From: the human T2T-CHM13v2.0 reference genome, Homo sapiens
Direction: 5' to 3' (one strand)
DNA: 64,000 bases
NCBI RefSeq assembly: GCF_009914755.1
Contig: NC_060927.1
Shown here: piece by piece, positions 1 to 13,500 of the stretch
Numbering within the stretch: position 1 is the stretch's first letter
How the letters are laid out: each line of letters starts with the position of its first letter
Notes under the pieces: generated by a model
Told to the model about the DNA's origin: nothing
What the model saw: only the letters and a program-made list of their open reading frames with translations
Databases searched by the model: none
Translations under genes and position numbers: made by a program

Positions 1-1224
1 AAGATGGCCTCAGAGGCCATGGGCGGAAGCCAAGCAGTCCATAATGGGGATTTCTTGCAGGAGGGAATGAAAGCTTGAAACAAGGCTCAGGCAGTAAACC
101 AAAGAGGAAAGGAAGGACACTGAGTCCCCTGTGAGGGAGAGTGGGCAACACCTGGCTACTCATTGGAAGGGAGTGCTGAGGGGAAGGCTCTGAGGTTTTG
201 AATCTACAGGTTCTGAGCCATCCAGCCAGAATAAGGACTCCAGAGAAGGGAGTACCAAGGCCACCGGACAATAAGGTCCAGTTGCCCTGGGTCCCCCTCA
301 GATGTGTTCACAGGCAGAGCGATGAGGAAGGGGTCCTGCACATCTTCCACACCTTTGCCCTATACACATCTCACTTTCTTCTCCCTTTTACAAAGCTCTC
401 AAATTTCAATTGACACCATCTTCATATCTGCTAGCCATAGAAAGGCAGATAAACTTTATTTCAAAGAAAGGACTCTTACAAGTGATTAAAATCTTTTATT
501 CACCCCCTCGCCATTAATATGGTCTATGTTCCAGCCAGGGAAAAAGATGGGATGCTGTCTCCAATGCAAGGACTTGCCTAGTGTCCTTATAGGATTTTTG
601 TATAAAACTTCGACTGGTGTCCTCACCTCAAGTCCCAGGCCCACAGCACACCTGCTTCCCACCAGGCTGCACACTGCATCCATCAGGCCCTCTCTGAGTC
701 CTCCCCAGCCCTCCTCAACCCTGAATAATTCAAGTCCTTCACAGAGCCCTAGCTGCAGCTACCCATTACCTGGGAGAGTTAATAAGAAATTCACCTTCCC
801 TCCCTGGCACAAATGACTTCCAGTCAGTTCATTCTCACAGGAAATAAATTTTAAAATGGAAATTAAACAAAACAATTGCTAGCAAAGGTAATAACATGTC
901 ACCCCTGCAATCTGCCTCTGAGAGGAATATATTACTATTCCAAGATCGCAGCGGGCTTAGGGAACCACCAACCACCCAACCCGCTCCAGGCTGCAGGGTT
1001 TTGCAGTGCTGGGTGGGCTGGCCCTGTGGCTCAGGTGTCCATGCACTGGTGCCCATCAAGCTGCTGAATGGATCTCAAAACCACATATCTACTCCTCAAA
1101 ACACATGGGCTACACATAGGTAAAGGCCTCTGCACTCACTTCTGAGTTCTCTGTGGCCTAGAGTTGTGATGCCTTTGTCCCTAGGACTGTGCCCAACACC
1201 AGTCAAGACTTCGGGGACTATAAC

Positions 1225-1460
1225 ACAGTGATTAGGAGACAAGATTGTAGTGGATACAGGCTCTTTCATTTACTACCTGTGTGACCTTGGGCAAATTACT
1301 TAAACTCTCTAAGCTTTGGTTCCTTATCTGTTAAATAGGATAAAAAAAAAAAAAAAACCTACCTCTTAGGATTACTATGAAAGCAAATAAATTAATGCTT
1401 GCAAAGCCCAGTGCTTCACAGATCATAAGTGCTCAATAAATGTCAGCTTTTATTATTATT
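1225..1460 (+). mobile_element. MIR SINE
   Basis: MIR core TGTGTGACCTTGGGCAAATTACTTAAACTCTCT...CTTATCTGTTAAATAGGA and 3' end AAGTGCTCAATAAATGTCAGCT. Confidence 0.85.
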
Positions 1461-2524
1461 CTATTTTTTAAAGGCCTCCAGGGTTGAGACAGATATTCCA
1501 CAATGTAAAGCAGGTCCCATGTGATTTATTATTTAGAATTGTATATTCTATTTAAACATGCAGTGTGTTTCTTTAAAAGGCATCATATCTTTAAACAAAA
1601 CTTACAGAGTTGGAAATCTGAGTCAGGAGTTGAGTAACAAAATTGAGTAGAGATGTCTGTTAAACAGCTTAGAATTCACGGACCAGAAAAATCACAAAAC
1701 TTGAATTGAAATGCTACTAGAAGTGGTTCCAGGCTACATACATATAAATGTACAGGCAGGATTGCTTATTTTTTACTGGAGGAGAAAAACCTGAGACAAT
1801 ATTTATATAAAAAGAGATAAAGACTGTAATCAAATAACTAACCGGAAGGACTAAGAAAGCAACATAACTCCTACTTGCTGATTCATATAAGCACGTAACT
1901 AAAGAATATTGACATGATAGAAAAACCCTCACAGCGATTTGGATGCCAAACTTTGTCTGTGTTCCAAAGTGAATGTTTTTATCCTGTGGGGAAGTTTCAT
2001 CATGAATCAGGTTGTTTTTCACTTAACCCTGGGATAAAGGATCAGTTAATTTTACAAGAAAGGTTTAAATAAAAGCTAGATGAAAACCTTAAAGTTTGAC
2101 ATGACTATATCTCCACCTTGTGATGGAATACTATGTGGCCAGTAAAAATGATGGCAGAACTGTTAGTGGGATGTACATACCACCTAGCTGAAGGACAATT
2201 CGACAATACATATATTTAAAATATTTAGGAATTTGTGCACCCTTTGATAGAATTCCATCTCCATTACTTAATTTTAAGAAAACAATCTTGACAGTATATA
2301 AAGAGAGAAGCACAATGATATTGAGGATCTTCATCAAAATGTTTTTCATTGTCATTAAAAGTTGTCTATAAGTTAAAAAATGAACATTAAAACATTTGAT
2401 CAACTGTTTAGCTCATATGGATGTGTTTTCTTGCTATTATTTGATAAAATTTTCCCCAGTCACATCCTACCTTTGTGTTTTATCTTGCCCAGGTCTATCA
2501 GGTGCCAAGCAAGGAGATACTTTA

Positions 2525-3056
<532 letters not shown>

Positions 3057-3450
3057 AATTCAGCCAATATTTCTGACATCATCACATCAAACACATCTGG
3101 ACTCTAAATCCCATGAGCCCTCAATTAATATTTAGCTAAATCACTTGTGAAATTGTCAGGAACATGAACATGATTGGATGTTCATGTTCCTGATAATTCT
3201 TCAGTGCTTACACTGATGATCTAGAAATGGTGACACTTCGCAGAAAATCAGAGATGATACCCTCTCTCCCTAGTACACTCCTCAGTATAGAGCTCAACAT
3301 TCAAAACAACCTTAGACATTCCTTAGACCCAAAAGATCCAAGACCAGGGTCTGCAAAGCATAGACAGCCAAGAGTCAGTGTACCCAGCCTGTTCATTCTA
3401 GGAATCTTCTGCTGGACCAAATTCTAGGAATAAACATCAATCCGTTAGAG

Positions 3451-3762
3451 CAGGGGCCCAAAGTAGATAGGAGCCCTAGCCAGAATCCATATTACCCATT
3501 TTAGTCCACACTGTGTTTTAATTTTTCTAAACATGTCAACAATTAGTTAGTAGGTTCCACATTAACATTTCAGGCTTCTGAAATACAAGAAGAGTTGGCC
3601 ACACCGGGCCCTCATTTCCCAAAGGCAGTAATCCCTGGAAGCTGAGCAGCAGCTGCCCCCTTCAGGCAGGGCATGGGATCTCCAATCTGCCACAGTCTCG
3701 GTCCACTAGCTTGACTTACCTATATTTGCTGAGCCCTGAAGGCACTTGGTTTTCTGACCCTG
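3451..3762 (-). mobile_element. MER102-like hAT-Charlie non-autonomous DNA transposon
   Basis: Termini CAGGGG...ACCCTG; internal GCTGAGCAGCAGCTGCCCCCTT and GCCCTGAAGGCACTTG resemble the reverse complement of MER102 as recalled. Confidence 0.7.
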
Positions 3763-3777
3763 CTCCACACCATGCAT

Positions 3778-3820
3778 TTGTGTGTGTGTGTGTATGTGCA
3801 CATATGTACGTGTGTACACA
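3778..3820. repeat. Degenerate (TG)n microsatellite
   Basis: TGTGTGTGTGTGTGTATGTGCACATATGTACGTGTGTACACA. Confidence 0.85.
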
Positions 3821-4039
3821 CCTGTGGTGGGGAAGGGTCTTGGCTGGAGTATATTGTTGGGAGTCTCCTAGGACTTAGGAATGTTTTAAAAGATGGAGGC
3901 AGGCTTTAGCAGCACCAATGGAAGTGCTTTTAAGTAAGCAGGATATTTGGGGTGCAGGGTTTCTAAACACTATTTGCAAGCTATGACTGTGTGGGCCAGG
4001 CCGTAGGCAGTCTCGCAGGGCTGGTTAGAAGTTACAGAA

Positions 4040-4960
4040 TTCCTGTGCTGTCCCCTGTCAGCAAAGTGCTGAGACAACAAACTTAACCTCTCTGTCCAGA
4101 GTGAGCCTATCAGCCATGGTTATTAAATCCCACAAAAGGGAGAAGAGGAGAAGTGAATAGGGCTGAAAGAAAAAGCACTTTCCCCATTTGGATAGCTGTG
4201 CAGAACAGGAGCTGCTGGAGAAAGGCACGGAGTGTAATTGCTGGCCTGAAAGAAAAAGAAAAACTATAAAAGGAAAGAAAGAAAGGCGGGGGGAGGAATT
4301 GATAATGAACAATTTATTCTCAGAGCTAACAGTTAATTAATTCTGAAAATATCTGTCAGGCTAATAGAAATGGGGGGAGGGCTATGCCACATACACAATT
4401 AATAAAATAATAATAACAAAAAAGGAAAGAAAAAAGATTTTTTAAAGGTGTTACTATCTTCTTACAGGCTGGGCCCTTGGCTTCCCAATGTCATTTTCAA
4501 CACAATTTTTTCCCCTCCATCTCTTTTCAGAAATTGTTCTCATGAATGATTTATATATGTCTAGTTATCTGGAGTGATTTCTATGGACCCCAGCGCATTG
4601 CTGCATAATTGTTAATTTTAACGCCATAATAGCTTCAGATGGAGGAAGAGATTAGGCATTTATTGCACAATTAAATGAAACATACTTGAGAATCACAAAG
4701 GGTTCCATAATTATTTCAGACCATTAATAAAATGGGCATTAAATTATATGGGACACAAAAGGGAAAGGAAATAGATTTTCATTACAGCAATAGAAGCTGA
4801 GAGTAGTAATAGATCCTTGTTGAATTATCTTTCTCTCTCTCTCTCTGAAATTAATTGTTGCCCAGCTTATTTCAAAGCAAAATAAAGGAGGGGAAAAAAA
4901 GTGTTTTAAAGAACCTCTGATGAAAGGGCTTTGTTTGATGGGGACAATAGCCAGTGATAC
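4040..4960. promoter_or_regulatory. Candidate conserved non-coding element / developmental enhancer
   Basis: No recognisable repeat; dense TAAT/ATTA homeodomain cores (GTTAATTAATT, GCATAATTG, CCATTAATAAAA) and SOX-like AACAAT/ACAAT. Inference from composition only. Confidence 0.45.
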
Positions 4961-5259
4961 ACTCCAAAAAACAAGGTAATCTTTGATTCTGGCTCCTTGC
5001 CTTTAGTTCTGAAGACTTAAAAGGCAGTGTATTCAGCAGCATGGGGCTTCCCCACCCCTACCCAACTCCCAACACAACATGAAGATTCGGGTGGGATAGG
5101 GAAAGGTGGGGATGTCAAGGAAGGGTGGGCCACTGCTTCTCTTTTCAACTGCTCCTGAGGGGAGAACTCAGACCATTATACATGACTCCACACTGCTTGA
5201 CGACACTAAGATTATCCAGCTTGAACTTCTTGAAAGAGAATAAAAATGGAAGGAAAGTC

Positions 5260-5500
5260 ACTTCATTCATTGTGTTATTTATTCAACATGTGCTAATCTT
5301 CACACCAATATTATGAGGAAGGTACTATTATTATCCCCATTTTACAGTTGAGGAAACTTGAGATGGTTAAGAAATTTCCCAAGGTCCTACATGCACTAAA
5401 ACAGCATTTTAAAACAAAGGAAACAGTGTCCCTGCCCTCAAAGTACTCATTTTCTAGTCGGGGGAGACAGACAAGCGCACAGAAAAGTCTGATACCATGT
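5260..5500 (-). mobile_element. L2 3' end with MIR fragment
   Basis: TTCATTCATT..TTTATTCAACA and GTCCCTGCCCTCAAAG..CTAGTCGGGGAGACAGACAA (L2); TATTATTATCCCCATTTTACAGTTGAGGAAACT (MIR). Confidence 0.7.
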
Positions 5501-8304
5501 CACTTACTGCTGGACCTGTGAGCTGCACCCAGACGCCAGCACAGATCTGTTGTTGCAGCAGCAGAAAACGCAGTGGGATGAAGCCCTCCCTCTCCTTTTC
5601 CTTCACTGTACTAACGTTATATCTTCCCAACAGAATTCAAGCCAGTGCTCCCTCCATTACTGTAATGTGATCTACCTTTGTCCCTTGGGGGTCCTGTGAG
5701 CAGGATCCCTGCCTAACTCTCTTTGGCATTAATGGCAAGATGACAAAAGGAGGCCAGCGTCCCTGGAGTGGTCTTCAATCCACATAGGCTGCCTCTGCTA
5801 CGAAGTAATGACCATGATGAAACTAGTGTGGCCGCTGCTTTAAACTAGAGGCATTAGAGTAAGGACTAAAGGTCAAAAACTCTAGTGTGAAAGCTGCAGC
5901 AGACCTCAAGCAACCAAGAAGCTCCTGCCATGGATATTGCGCTATCACTATTATCTCAGGCCTCTGAATGTCACTCTGGTATCCAGGCATGTCTGTTGCT
6001 GGCTCTACCTGAAATCTGGTGGGGCTATACCTCAGAATCCAGAACTATAAACCGAACGTCTCTGTCCTGATGCCACAGTTCAGCTTCACAGGGTCTGCCC
6101 AAGGCTGCCCAGAAACACTAACCTTTTACTCCAAAACCTCAGCTCTTTGTCCCAGCCCACGGATCTTGTAACACTTAACAGGAGTCACGGTGTATAGAAC
6201 TCAGATCAAAGAGCCCCCTTAACTCCATTAGCAAAACAGAGCTTGGCAATGGGAGCCCAGGATTTAAGGAGATAAGGCACACTGCTCTTTAGAGGAACTC
6301 ACCCAGAAGTAGCGGGAACAGCACAGAAAGGAAGGTAGGGGTCTGAAGATACCTCTGAAAATGACCCAGATGTCAGCATCACGCAGAAGGTCAAGTTAAG
6401 AAGGACATGTACCAAGTTAAGTGACTTAGAGCCATGTGAACATAAGACCCATAGCCTATGGATTTCTCTTTTTGACAAGGTAAGCCACTCATAAGGTAAT
6501 GTTTCACCTGACAATTCTTCCACAATTTGTGTATTAATAAAACTTTTATCTTCTCTATTAAGAAGAATAATCTCCAAGCAGGTAGTAAGAAAAAATGAGT
6601 TCTAAGAAAGATAAGGAGAAAATATATGAGCACTTTCAGATCCAAATGAATTACATAGAAGAGACTAAAGAGAACAGAGAGAGGCAAATGCCAAACTGTA
6701 ATTGGTAATTTTTATGGAATCATGGAGAACAGGGAAGTTCTCAAGAGATTAGGATGTAGACTTAAATAGTCTCAATTTTTACTAAGATAGATTCTTGGGA
6801 CAGTATATCAGTGGTTTTGAAATGGTTTTTCACCTGCCTTTCACACACAAAAATTCTAGATTTTTATTTAGGTTCAACAAAGAAACTAATAAGGAGGATG
6901 TGGTTTATTAAATGAAAAGGTCTAAGGCAAGGGACTTCCTTCCTTGAAGTATGGCAGACTAGATATTCCAAAATGCCTTCCCTGGAGGTCTAATATGACT
7001 AGATTCTGAATATGTTACAATAAACACATATTTAAATGTATAAGTGAACTCAAAATAAGTAGGAGAAATTCCTGTTAAAGACAAAACAAAACAACACATA
7101 ATTTTTTAAAAAATTCATGAGTGATAACCATGAGCAAAATTTTGTGAAGCCTTAAGGGCAAATACCAATTCAGGGACCCAATGTCTTGGGGATTGACTAC
7201 TGTGCAGGGAAATGGAAGAATAAAACATAGTCAAGAAAAATGTGGGAAATATGCCCAAGATTCTTACATCATGCCAAGACCCTTGAAAAGGGTGGTACCA
7301 TGGGTGAAATAAGGGGTAAAATTATCCAGCTGCCAATGAAAGGAACCTGCAAGAATTATGTTTGCTCTGCCATGATTCTGGATAGAAAATAACTGCAGCA
7401 ACAATAATAATAATTATACTAGTCTCTAGAGAATTTGCTATCCTAGACTCTCTTCCATTCAGACCTGGAGTTCAAACGTATAATACTCATAGGTTAGCTA
7501 AGAAATTCGAGTAGTTCAGAATTAATAAAAACCTGTCACATCTGGTAATAAGAAAGGGAAACACTCTCTAACTCCTCAGGATTCACATAGATTAAGTTCA
7601 AACACAAATTTGTGATACAAAAGGAAAGAAAATACAAAAAGAGTGAGCCACCATTAGGGAGATACAGTAGAAACAACAAACCACAGTTTTGGACACTCTC
7701 CTATCCCAAGTATTTTAGTTACTAAAATTGTGTATATAGTTTATAAAATATCTCTGTATAAAATGCTTTTAAAAGGAAAGAAATTTTTAATACAAAATAT
7801 AAGAAACTATAAAATTATTTGATAAAGGAATCAAATAAAATATTAAAAGTTTATATAATACAATTTTAAAGCTCAGTGGATAGATTATAAAGCAGATTAG
7901 ATACAGCTGAAAAGAAAATGAATTGGAAGATGAATCTAAAGAAATTACCCAGATTGCAGTAGAGAGAAACAAAGGAAGTAGAATGCATGAAAGAGAGATT
8001 AAGAGAGTTCCAGAAGGAGAAAACAATGGGAAAGAGGCAAAAATCAAAGATATGAATTTTCCAGATCTGTTGTAGAATGTGAATCTACAGCTATAGGAAG
8101 CCTGACATATACCAAGCCGTATGAAGTTCGTGTGTAGACACATTATAGTTAAATTACTAAACTCCGGAGATAGAAGTTCTTAAAAGTGGCAACAGAAAAG
8201 AAAGGAAAAGAAAAGGAAGGAAAGGAAAGAAAGGAAGAAAGAGAAATCAGACTTAATAAAATGTAAACCTATTGTGCACCAAAAAACATCATTAAGAAAG
8301 TTAA

Positions 8305-8714
<410 letters not shown>

Positions 8715-10650
8715 CGGAAATGCAAATTTAAACCATGATGAGATACCACTCCACACCTATCAGAATGGCTTAAATAAACACTATATAGTGATAATAACAA
8801 TTCCTGATTATGCAGAGAAACTGGATCACGTATACATTGCTGGTGACATAAAATGGCACAGCCACTCCAAAAACTTTGTTTGGAAGTTCTCAAAAATCTA
8901 AAAATGCATCTACCCTATGACCCAGTAATTGCAGTCTTGGGCATTTATTCCAGAGAAATTAAGACTTATGTTCACACAACCCAAATATCCTTCAATCGTT
9001 AAAAAGTTAAACCATGGTACACCCATATCTTGGAATACTACTCAACCATGAAAAAGAATGAATTATTGATACACACAACAACCTGGATGAATCTCCAGTG
9101 AACTATGCAAAGTGAAAGAAGCAAATTGCAATGGATTACAATACTGTATGATTTGTTCTATAGGACATTCTTAAAAAGACAAAATCATAGAAATGGAGAA
9201 CAAATTGGTGGCTGACATGGGAACAGAGCAGATTGGGCAGGCGTGTGGCTATAAAAGGACAACAGGAGAGGTCCTTGCAGTGAGGAAAATGTTCTGTATT
9301 AACTCCACTGTTCTCATTTTGACATTGTACTATTATCTGGAAGATGTTACCATTGAGGGAAACTAAGTAAAGGGCACCTGGAGCTCTCTGTATTATTTCT
9401 GACAACTGCTTGTGAATCTACAATTATCTCAAAATATTATAAAAAGTTTAATTAAAAAAAAACTCGTGGGATGAAGCTGAAGCACTAATGAAAGGAAATT
9501 TTGTATCCTGAAATGCTGATACTAGAATGAGATATGCATCCTACTTAAAAGGTTTGAAAAATAGCATCCAGATAAATACAAAGAGGAATGATATGACAAA
9601 GGGCAGAAACAATGAAATAGAAAACAAAAATAGAATGAATAAAGAAGTTTGTTTTTTTGAAAAGATTAATATAAAACAAACTTATGGTAAGATAAATCTA
9701 GCGGGGAAAAAGAAAGAAAACACAAATATTCAATGTTAGGAATAAAAAAAGAAGACAGAATCAAAAGAGATTTAAAAAAAAAACAATCAAAACATACAAC
9801 TGAGACTTTTATGCCAACACATTTGTAAGCTGAGATGGAATGTACATACTTTTAAAAACTATAACTTTTAAAAACAGTTTCCAGGAGAACCAGAAAGCCT
9901 AACTAGATTTTATAATTATCTATTAAAGAAGTTGAATCAGTAGTTTTAAACCTTCCCACAAATAAAACACCAGACCCGATGATTTTATAGTTCACTCCTG
10001 CCAACTTCCCAAGGAATAGATCAATTATATGAATTCTTCCAGAGACTAGAAAAAAAATGAAATGCCTCCGACCTCATTTTATGAGATTATTATAATCTTG
10101 ATATTAAGATCAAGCAAGAAAATACAAGAAAGGAAAAGAGAGTGAGAGAAACTAGGGATAAGGCCTATAAAAGATGTGAAAAAATTTTCTATAGCTAACT
10201 ATAAAATGATATTGAAAGACATTACAGGAGAATAAAATAAATGGAGAGTTCTACTTTGTTCATAGATAGAAAGGCTAAATATTGTAAAGATGCCAGCTCT
10301 CCCCAAATTATTCTATAAATTCAATTGAATTCCAAACCAAATCCCAAGAAAGTTCTTTTTGAAACCTGACAGTCTCATTCTAAAATGTATATGGAAGAGC
10401 AAATGGCTCTGACAAATGGTCGAGACATTTCTTAAAAAAACAAGGTAGGATGACTTGCTCTATCAGATTTCAAAATTCTAAAACTAGAATTATTGAATAT
10501 GGCATTTGTGCAGATGCAGACAAATATGCAAATGGCATAAAAAAAGAGCACTCAAAAACAAACCAATGCATAATTAGAAACTTGGTATATAACTTAAGAT
10601 GGACATGACAATGACTAGAGAAAGTAGAACTATTTGGTAAATTCAATCCC

Positions 10651-10656
<6 letters not shown>

Positions 10657-10694
<38 letters not shown>
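10657..10694. repeat. (CA)n microsatellite
   Basis: Pure AC run of about 19 units. Confidence 0.98.
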
Positions 10695-10696
<2 letters not shown>

Positions 10697-11274
10697 TTTC
10701 CAAGTGAATTAAAGATGAGAATGAAAACCTCAAAGCTTTTAGAAAGACATAGGGGAAAGGTTTGATCTTCCTTTTGTTGGTGAAGGTTTGCCTTTACCAC
10801 CAATCACCTGATCTATCTGGCTATTATCTGTACTATTGCAGGTCTATAAGAAGTACAAAGAGAAGAAGATGTACATAGGTTCTATAATTCTATTGTTCAA
10901 TCAAGCCTTAAGGACCATTGAGTAAAAGGTCTTTATAGACTGGAATTCTAAGACAAAATTTGCCTTGGGTCACAATAAGAACCTAGTAAGAACATTTCTC
11001 TTTCTGGTCTGTGTATGAGAATTGGGCTTTCAAAGCACTCCTCTCTCCAGGCATTCAGTCTGCAAAGGATTGATGATTTCTTGAGTCTGAAGTCAGGATC
11101 AGCTTGATCTTAGGGCCAAACCAACTGTCAGACATGTTTGTTAGTAAATTGTGCTACCTCCTGGAATAACTCTGGTTTATGTATTCTCATTCTTGCATAT
11201 ATCTCTCTAAATGTAATGGTTTCATCCAGGACAATTTAGAATTGCGCTAGCTACCAAAACCACTGGAGAGGTTC

Positions 11275-11722
11275 TGTGGCATCCATGAGAGTGACCTATT
11301 CATATCTTCCTTTAAGAGAGAAAGGCTGCAAGGAATGTAGTCAACTGACCTGCCCCGCTTTAAAGATCCACCACATTTATGCCAAGGCCATATCTTCTCC
11401 AGGTAGTTCATTTCCAGTAACTTAGCACTGTAGGCATATGAGATCTGGGAAATTCCTGTTCAATATAAGACCCCTCTAACAGGAAACCTTTGCTCTGAAC
11501 TCCCATTGGCCTGATTGACGCTTTCTCAGAGGCTCTTTATACCCAATCTTCCTCACTCTGTCTCCTTTCACATGTATCATGCCTCCATTGCAGTCCGAAG
11601 ATTCTCCCTGTTTATTCTATTTTTGCTCTCCTTTTACCCTTTAAGAAGCTCCCCGCTTCACAAATATTTTTCACATGTAATTTGATTTTGCCATCAGCTT
11701 CTCAGAAGACCAGAAATGAAAT
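11275..11722 (+). mobile_element. LTR16-family (ERVL) LTR
   Basis: Starts TGTGGCATCCATG; GATCCACCAC..GCCAAGGCCA, CCTCTAACAGG..CTTTGCTC, GCTTCTCAGAAGACC near the end resemble LTR16. Confidence 0.7.
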
Positions 11723-11946
11723 GGGTGCCCCAGAACAAAAAGGGAAGAACCCTTTATGAGAAAATTATCTGCTTCGTCTGATTAAAACATATATTATTTT
11801 AATACGAAAGATCACCGTTCTTTGGGGCTTTTATTCATGTAGTCCTCATAAAATTATTAATGTCCTAAGTTGTTTAAACCAACTGTAGCAACTGTCTCTG
11901 TCTCTGTCTTTCTCTCCCTCTCTCTCTGGTGTGTTGGGCAGGGGGG

Positions 11947-11950
<4 letters not shown>

Positions 11951-11988
<38 letters not shown>
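11951..11988. repeat. (GT)n microsatellite
   Basis: Pure GT run of about 19 units. Confidence 0.98.
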
Positions 11989-11993
<5 letters not shown>

Positions 11994-12785
11994 TATATCT
12001 TCCTGCGTCCAAAGCTCCTTTGGTGGTCTGTAATGACTTCCATATTTGTTTGTAGCCAGCTCCTCTCACTTCCTCTTCTTGTTATACCCCTTTTCCTCTC
12101 TTTCTCCCTCTCTCTAGAAGCTTTGAAGATCAAATACTCTTTGAAAAATTGTATTCTTATGTTCAATTCTAAGAACATCAATTCAGATAAATGCATCTAA
12201 TATGAAATGGGAATGAATCACACTGCAAAATCTCTGAAAATTTAATGGGTTAAGTTCAGGTCCTACTGGCTTCAGGGGAAAAAAATGATATACTAAATAC
12301 TCACGTAAATTTGAAAAAAAATGCAAGAGTTTTTCAAGGGAAAAAAATTAACTCCTAATTTTTGTTTATTTTGGCTCTTCCAAGGGAAAAATGCCCATTA
12401 TAACTACACCTCTGAAAAAGAAGTAAAGCTTTACCTGTGAATTGAGTTAATGGCTTTAGTTACTTGGTTACAAGGTAAGAAAGAAAGTGAGATATTGGAA
12501 GCTTTTAAACATGATTTAAATAATCTTGAAAGTTTGTTTATAAATTCAAATGTGTTCAAATTGAAATTAATGTAATACTCCTATCAACAGGCTTTGGTCA
12601 AATTAGACTCACAATTTTAATTTAAAAGCAACTCTATATCTTCTCCATGTTTTTACCACCTTGTAAAAATAATGTAAATACAATATTCTACTTCATACAA
12701 GGGTAGAGTTTATTTTCTCATGACTAAAATTTTCTAAATTTCATATATTTTATAAGTCAAAAAGTTATTTTCACGAATTGTTTAA

Positions 12786-12909
12786 GATTTCAAAAGTATG
12801 TTTAATTAAATTATGTAATAACAGATGTATTTTAAAAAGTTATTGGCTTCACAAATTGATTTCAAAAGTATGTTTAATTAAATTATGTAATAACAGATGT
12901 ATTTTAAAA
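12786..12909. repeat. Direct repeat, 2 x 52 bp identical, period 72
   Basis: GATTTCAAAAGTATGTTTAATTAAATTATGTAATAACAGATGTATTTTAAAA at 12786-12837 and 12858-12909. Confidence 0.97.
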
Positions 12910-13227
12910 GTGTTATGCTAGTGAAATTTTCCTAATGTTACAAATTATAAGAACTTGATGTGTCAACTTGATCCTATAATTTTAATAACCTTGGTTAACT
13001 TTAAGATCTTGAATTGATATTAATTTTTGTTAATTTATAAATAACATTTGAATATCTAGACAGCATAATTTTCATTTACCTACACTCTTTTTTCTACATT
13101 TTAAAGTAGACATTAGTTAATGTGTCAAAAAAGAATGCACAAATATCTTTACATTTTATTAATATCTATGTTCATTTTTGAAGTAATATAAAAGAATAGT
13201 GTGCTGTTAAAGAGATGTATATGCAAA

Positions 13228-13500
13228 ATGATGGATGTTGAGAATGGAAGATAGATAACAGAGACTGGGAAGGGTGAGTAGGAGGAATGGGGGAGGATAA
13301 AGAGAAGTGGCTTAAAGGGTCCAGACACATAGTAAGACAGAAGGAATAAATGTTTGATAGCAGATAAGGGTGACTATACTTAACAAAATATATTGTACTC
13401 AGGTGACGGGTACCCTAAACACCCTGACTTGATCACTATGCATTATATACATGTAATAAAAGTTATGCACTCCATACATTTGTACAAATAAAAATAATAA
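13228..13500 (+). mobile_element. L1MA/L1PB-type 3' end fragment
   Basis: CAGAGACTGGGAAGGGTG..GGGTGACTATACTTAAC..CCCTAAACACCCTGACTTGATCACTATGCATTATATACATGTAA, A-rich tail. Confidence 0.85.

Noticed and set aside
8194-8247. Polypurine (GAAA/GGAA) tract as a triplex-forming element
   Set aside because: Ordinary low-complexity expansion at an L1 junction, with no evidence of function.
11846-12196. ORFs with HTHTHT or VCVCVC runs
   Set aside because: Translations of the (GT)n microsatellite and adjacent CT-rich tracts.
12786-12909. Repeat-spacer-repeat resembling a mini CRISPR
   Set aside because: Only two 52-bp units, the spacer resembles the upstream flank, and there are no cas genes; it is a tandem duplication.
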